A DNA stretch of 64,000 bases from Monocercomonoides exilis PA203 (Eukaryota; Protista; Preaxostyla): the NCBI GenBank assembly GCA_001643675.2, contig LSRY02000032.1, positions 124,001-188,000 on the forward strand, written 5' to 3'. The position numbers and the translations under genes were made by a program. How positions within the stretch are numbered: position 1 is the first letter of the stretch; every line of letters begins with the position of its first letter. This document shows positions 33,482 to 45,900 of the stretch, piece by piece. Under the pieces are notes generated by a model. It had not been told where the DNA came from and made no database searches. It saw only the letters and a program-made list of their open reading frames with translations.

Positions 33482-34733
33482 ATGGAAGTTCTCGGGCTCC
33501 GCGACTTTTATAACACTATTATTTCAAAATATTTTGTTGTTAAAATAATCGATTTGAGATCAAGAGAGTCATTTCTTCAATGTCACGTTTCTGGTGCACT
33601 GAATATTGATATTCAGAATATTGTAAAAAATATTAGGAATGAAAATTTTAAAATTACTGAAGAAACAATATGGAATGAACTGTCAAAAGTTGGATGTATT
33701 GTTAACACTCTCTCAAAAGTTACAGCACAATTTTGCTTTATTGGAGATAAACAAACAAGTCTGAACTTTTTTACATTTTTTGAGTAAATAAACTCTTTAA
33801 GATGACTTAAGTGAAATAATTGAACTTTCATTTTCAGAGATAATAAAGACAAAGCGTGGATTTATGTGCTGTCAAACATTTGAAGAGTTTAAAGAGCATT
33901 ATCCTTTTATGTGTGTTTTTGAAGAAGATTCGACTTCTTCGAATACAGAACGAATTCCTTTCCGGTCCTCTATTATGCCTAATGAAATATTTGATAATTT
34001 GTTTCTTGGGCAATGCCCAATGGGCAACACACTCTTTTTTATAAAGGAACTTAAAATTACTCACATTTTGAATTGTGCTCTGGAATGTAATTATGAAACA
34101 CCACCAAATGTAGTGATGAAGAAGATTAGAATAAATGATGAAACAACGGAAACAATTCCTTTTGATGAAGTCATCAGTTTCATAGACAATGCACTCAATG
34201 AAAAAGAAAGTGGAAAGCATGTGCGAGTGTTTGTTCACTGCCAAATGGGAATTTCAAGATCTGCATCTGTAGTCGCAGCTTGGCTGATGTCGCATTTTGG
34301 GATCGATGTTGATACTGCTCTTTCTGTTGTGAAAAAGCAACGCATTATAGTTAGACCCAATGATGGATTTTTAAGACAGCTCATCCTATATGACAGAAAA
34401 CTTGAGAAAGAAAGAAAGCATCAAAAGGAAACTTCTTTAAAAGAGGAAGATTTCGTTCAACGTGTTGATTGCAGCGCCGATGCTGATGTGACAGAAGTCA
34501 TATTGAAGCATGAAGGAAAAGATGACGAACAGTCTCCTGCCTCATCTTCTGCTCAGCCTAGTAACATTGAAAGTGAGGGGAAAAGTGAAGTGACAAAGTT
34601 TACTTCGTTAGAACTGCCGAAATTTTCAGCTCCATTATTTGACGCCTTGAAAAGGATTAAAGCTGAAATAGACAGAGAAGAAAAGCAAAAAGCACTAGTG
34701 AAAGCATCGGATGAACTTGAACAGAAAAGCTAA
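33482..34733 (+). CDS. Dual-specificity protein phosphatase with N-terminal rhodanese-like domain (MAPK-phosphatase architecture)
   Basis: Exon 1 has IIDLRSRESFLQCHVSGALNI (rhodanese/CH2). After an intron at ~33758-33837, exon 2 has FEEFKEHYPFMC, PNEIFDNLFLG, ITHILNC, the active site VFVHCQMGISRSAS and RPNDGFLRQL. Confidence 0.92.
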
Positions 34734-35083
34734 AACAAAACCATAAGATCATTTCGTTAATCTGTAATCTTAACTATTTTTTTTCGTTGTGAAAATGTTA
34801 ATTTTGAGTTTATTTTATTTCAGTTTGTAACTTTTTAATTTAGAGTAGAAACTTGCGGAAAAATAAAGCTACTTTCATTGTAATCAACGTTTTTATTTTT
34901 TTTAATTTCTTAAAAACAAAATAAAAATAAACCTGAACATAAAATCCAATAAATTCAAAATAAGAGTAATAAATACATAATGAGCAATGAAAGAAACGCT
35001 TTCTTAAAAAAAAAAATGTGAATAATTCTCAAAACGAAGACAGTTTCAGAATTCTCAAAATAAAAACACTGAAGTGCAAATGT

Positions 35084-36816
35084 TCATGCACTCTGATTAT
35101 GTTGGAGTGTGGTATCGAATTTATCAGCATCATCAACACCAGACTGAACAACAGCATGGTGTGACTGCTGCACAGGCGGAAATAGCGAAGATGTTGAAGC
35201 AGAAGAAGATGATTCAGAAGGGGAATAATTTGAAGTTTCACCAATCCCGCGGTTCCCAGTTGTTTGCACTTCTGATTTTTGAGAAGATTTGAGAGAAATC
35301 GGTGAATACGTGGAGTTTGCATCCACACTGACTGTATTTCCAGTGGCCATGCTTGATTCATAAGTAGAATGGTTCGCCATCGAGGAAGAGGAAGAAGAGG
35401 ATGAAGAAGATGGAAATGTGGATGGAGAAATTGACGATTCGCTGTTCAAAGAAGAAGGATTAGACGAAGTGAAATGATCATCAGGCAAATCTAGTGAAAC
35501 AATCGATTGAGGTGATTCAGAAGATGACAGTGGTTGATTCAAACCGTCTGAATGCTCATGGTCGTGACGCAGTCCAGCGGTTGATGAGAGAAGCTGCTCC
35601 AGCCCATCAAACGGGACAGTGGGATGTGCAAAGGGATTCCACCAACTGAATATAAGTTATCAAAACAAATAAAGAAAGAAATAAAAGACGAATGGCATTT
35701 TGCATTTTGATAAAAAAAAGTTCAAATAAAACATTTCGCATGCCATAGAATATTCTTTCCCATCACTATTTTCGCATTTTCAATCATCGACGGCTGTTTG
35801 TAAATGTTTTCTTCGCCTTCTTCAAAACTCTCCAATGTGGTCTCATTTCTTGCTATCATATGGCAGTGAGAGCAACATAGACATGATCCTGACATGCCCA
35901 GGGCAAAGATTAGAACAGCAGTCAGTAACACAAGAATAAGATACAGAGGATTAGACTCCATGAAGATCTATAATATGCAAAAACGGATCAATCAAAAGAA
36001 AACAATGAAATGAAAATTTTATCATAATTATGTGCTTTTTGAAAAAGATATCTATACCTGTGAAATAGACATACAAAATCCAGCTATATAAAGAAGAACA
36101 GAAAATGTTGTGTAAATTAAAAACAAAAGAAAGAATTTGTGATTATATGCTCCAACGCAATTCCCAACCCATGGGCCTATTGATGTTTCAAATAATGAAT
36201 ATGTGATCATTGCTATTAATTGAATAACTTCATACAATGATGATCCATTCTTAGGACGCATTTATTGCAGGATGAACAATGATGGGCTCGAGCAGGACGA
36301 AAATGCTTACATTTTTTGCAATAAGTTGGCATTCCAGGCGCTGGATTCGGAGGCTGTGGACGAGGGTACGCCTGCATTTCACTTTGAGGTATCATATTTG
36401 CCATTTCTCGATCAGTCTTATCAATCCACCATTGAGGCGCATTTCCAGGATTTGTCCAACTACAAGCGAATAAGATAAAGCGAAAATATACATAAGTTGA
36501 AGCATACAAAACATTCTGGTACGACGCAATATCAAGAATTATAAAAACACCAAATATGCAAAGAAGAACAACAGCAGAGGGAAAGTTAACTTTCATCATT
36601 TTTGGAAATAATATCCCGCAAAATGTGCCAATTGAAAGCAGTTGAAGAATTCTAAAATTTCATTAAAATATAAGTTTTTTTGAAATCGTGTTTGTTTTCT
36701 CTCATTCAAAAAAATATTAGTCCACACATTATGAAAACGTACATGCACCATGCATCCGGTCTTGAACAGCAAAGATGCGTTCTACATTTTCCAGTTTTTG
36801 AACCACAACATTCCAT
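35084..36816 (-). CDS. DHHC (zDHHC) protein S-palmitoyltransferase, multi-exon
   Basis: [30 protein letters not shown]|[23 protein letters not shown] motif, TTxE motif (NETTLE), four hydrophobic segments and a Ser-rich C-tail. ATG at 36816 (MECCGSK). Confidence 0.95.
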
Positions 36817-36958
36817 TTTTTATTTTGAAATGGAAAATTGTGGGAAATACTAAACTCAAAGGTTAGTTGAAAAGACTAATACAACTCAAATATATTTTCA
36901 AATTAAATATTAATGATTAGACATAAAAATAAATCAGAAAGAAATAAAAAGAACTTGT

Positions 36959-39900
36959 TCATTGTTCTTTTTTCTTTCGTTTCAGAATATTTCTTGACTC
37001 AACTCTTGATTCAATTTTTTGTTTAGCACTTATAAATTCGAGTATTTGTTCGGATGTTTGTAGATTTGGTAAAATAGGCCCGTTTAGCCCTTCCCAAAGT
37101 CTGATGTCCTTACTAATCTGCTCCGGAAAATATGCTGAGAGGCTTGAATCATTTAATCCAGCCATGGATGCCAAAAGTGGAACAGCATTTCGAGGGAATT
37201 GACATGTAGGAGCTACAAGCTCAAGGAAAAGCCCATTTCTAACCTTGTCAACAGCATACACAATTCCCAAGCATTTTTTCAGAAAGTTATGAAAAACATC
37301 AATCGATGCAATCCCATCATCTAGAATTGAAGTGACAGATGCAAATTCAGCTGATAGAAAAAGAAACTCTTTGTAAACATCACTTATAGTCTGAGTAATC
37401 ACTTCATAATTGTTCATATCCTTTTGCAGTCGTGCATGCTTCAGTGGTAGATTCCAAGCGAATCTTAAAAAATAAATCGAAGAATCTGCCATTGGTTCAG
37501 TCGAACTGATGATATTGCTCTTTTCAGTAAAATTGCTTGAAATTGAAGTTGAATCAGTGCTATCGCTTGGCTCTTTTGCCTCTTGTGCGTAGTCATCGTC
37601 GTAAATGACAGTCGGCTTATGTTTCGTTGAATTCCCAGTGGCTTTCTTTGTTTCATTTTCCATTTCTTCTTTTTCATCGTTTTGATTTAATTCATTACTA
37701 ATTTCTGGATGCAAAATTCTATTGAGTTTTTGTGTTGCGTTTGATTTCATTGCATCTAACTTGCTTTCGACTTCAATCGAAAAATCCTTTTCATTCGAAT
37801 ATGAGTTCACCCAGCTGCGAACATGAAAGTGCCAATCGTTTTTCACCAGTATTTCCCTTTCCTCCTTTACGACTCTTCTAAGTTCGCTCAATTTATTTGG
37901 CTGAATCAACAAACGGTGCGCAACCAAATCTTTCCACTGAGCAAATGCTCCTTTCGCAGAAAATGTTTCAGAAAAAAAAGAACATTTCTGTTTATCCTCA
38001 CCTGCTTTTGCTCGTTGATTTGTTGGTTTTCTCAGAATTGACAGTACAACAGACAGAGCAAAAAGTGCATTTGAAAGGATAAATCTTCCGCACACTGGGC
38101 GGCAGAAAGGAAATGAAAACAGCGAGCGAGAACCTAATCGAACTGATTTATCGAGAAGATCATAGAGAGTGTTCAGTGTGAAGAAATACAGAACAACCAG
38201 AAGAGAAGCTGATGCTTGCAGTGAAAGATAGGCAATTGTGCACGATAGCTTAAAGACAGAGTCTTCAGAGCAAAATGTGGGATAAATGCTTAGATCTTTG
38301 ACAAGCGCAGCAAGAAAGGCAAGCGGGTCGCTTCTTCCTGTTCCTGATGAAAGAGTGTTTGCAAAGTACGGAGTCGAAAGTTGTAAAAGCAATGACAGAG
38401 GAATTGGTAGTGCGTATTTCGGATGAGTCGGATAGTTTGCTGATGAATGAAGAGGCACGTCAGCCAGCATCCAGCTCCAAGAAAATGATGTCAGTATTCG
38501 AAGAGGTAAATATTGCAGATGAGCGCTTGATCTCTGAGGAAATTGAATAAACATTTGAATAGATGACATTTTCAATGGAAGAAGACAGCTTGAAGAAACA
38601 TCTGTTGAACAGCATTGAGCATTCTCCTTTTGAATGGAAGATGTAATTTTTGGAGAGTTGACTGGAGAACTCATTTGAAAATGAGAACGAATGAACTGTT
38701 GCAATTCTTGTTTAAACGGATTTGATGGTGCAACGACTGATGAAGGTGTTAGTTCTTCTGCAAATGTGAGCTGCTGACCGCAAAATAAAAGCAAGAAGTC
38801 TAAAATGTCACACAAATGTTCTTGTTTACTGGAAATATTAGTAGTTACATATGAAAATGCATTAGATTGATTTTTTCCTTGCTCTTCGAGAGAAGCTGTT
38901 ATTAAAGAATTTGAAGGCAAAATGATTTGTTTTGTTTGCGCAAAAGCGAACGGAGATGAAAAGTTAATTAGATTCAGGAACTTGTTGATTATAATTGACA
39001 CAACTTCTGTTGACGAAATGATGCACAATGAAATGCATCGAGAAAACTGCTCTTGCACATGAAATTGAGAATTCATAGATATCATTTCATCAAGTGGGAA
39101 AAACGCTTCATGATCGCTTGAATTTTCTTTTATTTTGTTCGAATCAAATGGCAATTTTGAAGTTTTGGAAGAAGGCAGAGACAAGTGCTCCATCGAATTA
39201 TTTGTTGAAGAAGGGTTGATCGAAATGTGCGAAAGTTGGCTTATGTTCCGCTCTTGTATTATTGAAACTGGTGAGCTTTTTTGCTCCATTTTTTTGTTCA
39301 CTTCTGATGTTGCTGTTTGCAGCGCAAGCTTCATCGTGCTCTCTTGAATGTGGATAGCGTCTATACCAGAAACAGATCCGAGACAAATGGCTGAACACTC
39401 CTGCTCTGAATGGAGAAGTCGCATCCGATGAATTGTTTGTGCATTAAACGGAACAGCAAATGCCGCATATATCCACCACAGTGACAGAAGAGGAAGACGC
39501 AGCGAGAGTAGCGCTGAAGATAGTGCAACAATTGGCCGCAAGTCAGTCGGGGCATGATGATGCAGAGATTCAACAACAATTAGAGTGTTCAGGTATTCCA
39601 GTAACAGCTTCCATTTTCTTCTAAAATCTTGCTCAGATAATTGTCCCTTGTTCAAAGCAATCCCTTCAAATGGACTCAAAAGTTTGATGTTATCATCTTC
39701 CATTCCAATGTCATCAACAAAATAGCTGTTTTGACTTTCGTGTCCAAAATGTTGCCATCCAATTTCTGATGACTGCAACTCAGACTCAGCAAAAATGTTT
39801 GTATTTTGACAAAATGCAATTGAAATGTTGAAGCTACACTTTCGAATCACTTTCAGACGAAGTGTATATAAATGCAGCAGAGGCTCAAATGCAGAAGCAG

Positions 39901-42900
39901 ATTTCAGTGCAAAAATATTCAGTCTGTCAGATGATCCGCCTTTCACATCAAATGGAATTAGAAAACTTGTTCGTAAGTTTATAAGCGCAGGCTTCACTTT
40001 TTCTAATTTCTGGATCAAATCTTGTTCTTTTATTCTTTGATTAAGTGCTTCTTTTATAGAACTGTATGTTTCGTGCAAAACAAACGAAGGAATTTGTACG
40101 ATATTTTTCCCGTTGTCTTCAACCATAATTATGGAATCATCTTCTTCATCTTCACTTTTGATAGCAGCCAAAGCACATTCAATACACAGCAAAGACTGAA
40201 CAAGAAATGAATCCAAAGACACTTTTGTGAGTGTCTGAGACAAAAGAAGGAGTGTTTGAGGCAAATGAGTGCAATACGAGGAGCACCATATGAAGTCGTG
40301 TCTTTTGGGCCTCTGTTCGCTGTCTGTTAAGTCAATTGTCTCAATTCCAGAAGATGTGTGGGATGTGTTTGAGACTTCGTTTGCTTTTGAGGGGAGGCAT
40401 CGATTTTCAATGGAATGTGACAGCGCTTTGCATAAATTCGATGAGAAAATTATCCTGAGTGTTTGGATTCTTGTTTGAAAGAGCAGATATGCAGCATATT
40501 GATGATATGAAAATAGGTGAAATAGACAATGTTCGTATAATTTATTCTCCATTACACTTTTTCGTCTCTGAATCTTCAGATTTCTGAGAGTTGAATGCGC
40601 TATCAATGCATCTGACACGATTTTTGTTGATGAAAATGCAGATGATGACGATGCTGTTTGGGCAGATTGAGAGAAAGGTGTTTGACTTACTGGGAAAAAA
40701 TCGGTAGATGGACCATTTTCAGTAAATGATATTTGAATAGAAGCTGGAGATGTTGGTGAAGTTACGGATGCTGATTGTACAGAAGCTATTCCAAAGGGAG
40801 ATGTAAGAGCAGATGGAGATGAAGCTGAAAGCAATCTGTGAGGAGCACTTAAAGAATTCAAATCTTCAGACAGAAAAGCATTCTCATTATTGGCACAACT
40901 TGAAAAGACTCTATCTGGGAAGAGCCATTGTTTCACTCCCTCTTTCTTAATGTATTGAAGCGTCTCTTTGATTTGGCTTAATTTTTGCTTTAGTCTCTGA
41001 AGAGCATCCATATCAGATATTCCCTTTAATGAGTTTTGACCAAACTCCTCCTTAAATTGACAGGTGTGGTAAGTCCTATTCACATGAAGCTTCTTCATCT
41101 GCCTTCGCGTGTAGCTGATAAGCATTTGGTGCGTTTCCCCTTCGATCGAATAAGCAAGCTGACGAAAAGAAGGATTTGAACTGCATTCAAAAGCATTATG
41201 AAGGCTTTTTAATGAAAGGGCTTTGTAATCTTCGATTGAAAGCGCTGCTTCATTTTCTGTTTTGTGAGATTTCTGAGGCTTTTCAAGCGAAAGCGAGTTT
41301 CTAATTGATTTGAAAAACTCATCAATAAAATATTCCTTTTTTTGATGTTTTGATTTGAGGAAGCAAAAGGCAAAATCTCTTTGCATATCTATTTGATTGC
41401 AAACTTTGTTATCACCTTTCTCTTCACCCATTGAATCTCCGCTATCACATTCTATTTCATTGTTTTCTTCATCTATGCAATCGTCCAACTCTTTCTTTGG
41501 ATCAAAATATGAATGATCCTGCATTTCAGCCAAAACAACGTCAGATGCAAATTTTGAAGATAGAATTTGAGAACGCAATTTTTGCATGAGCAGATAATTG
41601 AGCACATACGAAAGAAACAGCCAAGTTTTCACGCGCTTCGGATTCAGAATAAGGTCGCATTGAATGGCAGAGATACTCACAGGAGACAAAGGGAAGTAGG
41701 AAAATGTCAGTGAAAAGAGCGGGTGAGAAAAGCGATCTTTAAGAAGCGGTTCATTTTTCAAATGAGAAAGAGGAAGCGAAACAGAAGGTATCATTGATGA
41801 AGAAGATGCTGATAATAAAGAAGAAGAAGAAGAAGAATTATCATCAGAGCTAATTGAATCTAACATGTTTGCTGAATCTTGTATCATGCGAGTTGGCTTT
41901 AGCGCTATTCCTTCGCAGTTCATATATGAGCATAAACAAGAAAAGGTAGCTTGTGGAATAAACAGTTTTGATTCAAATCTGATAAAAAGATTGTTCAAAA
42001 TGTATCTTGCTTCATTTTGCCTCATTCGGAACAGAATAAAGTAAGGATGAAGCTGTGCATATGTGTCTATCAGATGCAGCGTGCTCATTTGATAAACTGA
42101 GTCTGATTGATGTGATGTCTGAAATACATCTGGCGCGAATACTAATTTTGGCGGAAGTTCAAATACATTTCTTGGATTAGAATCAGAAGATTCGGAATAC
42201 AAAGAAGCCAAAGAGTTGACAGAATTTGAGTCAGATAAGATAACATGAACCAAAGCAAGCTGAGAATAACGTGGAAATGTCAAAAAACCTGTTGCTTTGT
42301 CATGCTCATTTGAGTTCGAAGCGTGTTCTTCAAAATTCTGCACATTGTTCACTGAAAGAAGGAAGGGTGCACTAATCTTATTTAAACAAGCGACACACTG
42401 CACAAAGAGAGATTCCAGTGTGAACAGTGAACATTCAATAAAAGGGATATTGTTATAAGGAAATTCAACAGCATTGAGAAGCAGAATCGAATTGTTTCTC
42501 AAAGTGGCACTTGATGTTGATTGAGGATAACTCACTGAAGAACTTGAAGAGAATTCCTGTGAACTGAATGAAGAATGGTGCTCAGTAGAATGAGGAAAGT
42601 GGGTTGGCGAAATACGATTTGATGGTGTTGAAATAATAACATCATCATCCTCTTCTACAACAACATCGCTGCTGTCTTCGTCATCCCCATCATCAATGAA
42701 ATTACTATTGAAATATTGTTCTTCAACGACTTCTTCACCTTTTTCTTCGCCGTCTTCGTTGTCATCATCATCTTCATCATCAATTATGAGTTCAGGTGCA
42801 TAATATGAAAAGTCGTCCAGCTCGTCTACGACAATCTCCGCTGTGGTGTCTGCATCGTCTCCCAAAACGATCACTGGATTCTTCTCCAAATCAACTGTAT

Positions 42901-45900
42901 TTGACTGGTTTTTATGTTTGTTCTGCTTTCTGTTTGACATTGTTGCAGTTTGGCTTGAATGAAGAGGAGGAGGAAGAGGAGGAGGATGAAGAGTCAGTTG
43001 AGGTTGCATTTCGGCTTTGCGAAGAGATGCAATAGCTGACGCTGAAAAATGACTTTTATTACGGTAAACAAAGAAAAATGGATCGAGAAAAGGGATGAGG
43101 AGGAAGACAACTGTCCGCAAGAATATTGAATTGCATGATGAGCAGCTAGAAACAGACGAGAGAAGAGTGTGACATTCAGAACAGAATGAAAAAAGAGAAG
43201 ATGAAGAAGAAGAAAAATCGTGCTCATTTGAAGGATGTGTTGGAGGAGACGTGTTTGATCGCATGGCTTGTGCTGAAAAATAGTTGTGCAATTTCTCGTG
43301 AAAGTTGTATGTTGCAGGCAACGTTTTTGACGCAGGCAATGAAAATGCCTGTGATTCGAGTTCAACAAAAGTTTGTTGTTTCTCTTTGTGTTGTCTCGAA
43401 GTGGCTGCAGATAAAGATATATTTGTTCTTCGATTTGAGGTTGATTTTGAAGAAGAATTTGTAAAAGTTTGAAGATAATGCATCGTCCCGCGTGGGTCAA
43501 GAGACTTCAGCAGATGTATCATTTTGACATCTTGTAATGAAAGAACATTTATCAGACAAGAAAGATAAGGTGCCTGAAGAGAAGTTGAAAGAGACGCAAT
43601 CAAAGGGGTAAGTGAAAACAGCTCGAATTGAATGCATTGAATCAGCCTGGTGGTCTGTATTGGTATTGCTGGCTGGAATTCTTGTTTTTGATTGGCATTG
43701 TTTCCTGGTGTGTGTGAAATGTACTGTACAAATATTCCAGCATAGCTGAAGTTCAGCAGAATGACAGCACAGAATGTACTGATTGAAAGGTTTTCCTTGT
43801 TTGCTTCGAGAAATGAACGGCTCTGATTCAATGAAGAAAGGAAGAGAAACGTCGATTTTGTAACAAAAGAGACAATCGCATTCAGTTCAACTCTGATCTG
43901 CTGACTGATCACATCCATGTTTCCTCCCTCGGAAGCAGCGTTTATCAAATCTGAACGAAAAGAGCCGAACTGCGATGGGACAAGCGAAAGCAATGAAATC
44001 CCTATCTTCTCCAAATTGGGCAGTAAAGCAATGTTTATTTGAAGAAGGAGACTTAACATTGATGGAGAGAAAAGATCGACTTTTCTGTCATAATCTGAGG
44101 CTGTGTCAATAAGTGGCTGAAATATCTCGTTGGATTTCTCACAACAAGTGGAGACAGCACACAAATGATAAACAAGTGACTGGAAGGAGTATTCAGATTG
44201 GGATATGATCGATTGTTTTTGAGGCACAGATGGTTTGGCAGATTCATTAGCAGCCGAAGATGATGAAGCAGAAGCAGAAGCAGAAGCAACAGAACTTGAA
44301 GAGTCTTTAAGGATTGGCTGTGAATGCTGAGTTTTACTTTCTTCTATGGATGAATTGGAATACAAGCTTCGTTGTTCAAATGTGTGAATTCTTAAAAGCT
44401 GAGATGAAAATAAATGTGCGTTTGTGTCTTTGTTGCAAGCTTCTTCCGGTTTCTCTACTGATAAAAATGTTTCTAATGAAATTGGCTGAGAATTATGCAT
44501 TTCTGTGTTTAAACAATATTTTTCAGCAGAAATTTCGTTTTGTTGAGTCGCATTTTGAGGAAATGAAGATAAAGATGATGTCGATGATGAGGAGGAGGAG
44601 GAAGAAGAGGAAGAGGAAGAGGAAAAAGAGGAGGAAAAAGAGGAGGAAAAAGAGGAGGAAAAAGAGGAAGAAAAAGAAAAAGCAGTTGAAGGAGAATGTA
44701 CAATTTTAAGCGGAATCAGTGATAAAAGAAGCGATGTAACTTGTTCGTAATCAGCTGCTCTGTCAACATATTCCGAAATACGCGAAAGAAGTTCAAGGTT
44801 TAATTCGCTTGGCTCAAAATGCAGCATATGTGGAAGGAATATTTCTTGTGATTCTTGAGATTCTTGAGAAGCTGTATCGCTGTCTATTGAATAGTTCTTA
44901 TTACTTTCTTTCCCCTTCAATGGGAAATGGGTCTTGCACTGTTGTATTTGCGAATGAATCTTCAATTTATTTGCTTCTTTCACAAAAGCTGGCAAGCAAG
45001 CTACTTCTTCAAGTAAATGGACAAAATCCAGTCGAGATTTAAATGATTGCAGATTCAATTGCTTCAACTTTGGCAATTTTCCAAGTGTCAGCAAATCGTC
45101 TAGTCTTGTAATGTATTGAAACAGCATTTGCTCAAGCTGCCGCTTCACAAGGTAAGCAGTCAACGAGCGAATGTGCGATAAAGTGTCCGATTCAATCAAA
45201 AACGAATTCTTCAGGAACATTGTGAACATCGAAGCATTTTTTGGCAGGTTGTTTGCTTTTTCCGATGGAGAACCAAACAGCTCCTTCCACTTATTCGCCA
45301 CTTCGCCTGACTTCAGAGAAAAAAACAGACTGAGCACTTCATATGCTTCCTGGTCGTGCTGAAGATTCTTCATCCAATCTGCAGTTGGTGATTCCTTCCC
45401 TATGCATCCACGTATCATGCCAGCAACAGACTCAGAATTCATTTTGGATGCCAACATAAGCAGAAGATCAGCAGCTATTTCAGCCCCAACCAAAAGCAGC
45501 TCCGGCTCCAAAACTGCAAATTTGTCCACGTGTGCGATGCTGATGAATACAAGCAGTTGCGCGGCGCGCGTCCATTTTGTGCTGAATATGGCAGTCTCAG
45601 GCAGCAATTCCGTCAGATCGTAGAAGTCAACAAACGTTGACTGAGAATGGCTGTGTTCTGAATCAGAACTTTGCGATGGTGATTCTTTTTGCTCATTCGA
45701 TTTTCCTCTTGTCGCACGCCCTCTTTGTCTGTTGCACTCAAAACAGATGATTCGAAGGAGATTGTGCAGTGTCGAGCTGGTGTGCAGCACAACAACAGAT
45801 TTCTTCTCTTCAGACGGTGTTCCGACGGATCGAACAAAGTTGCTCACGAATTCGTGCTTCATCATTTGTGCTTGAAGTTCGGGTGATTGAAAAGAAGCAG

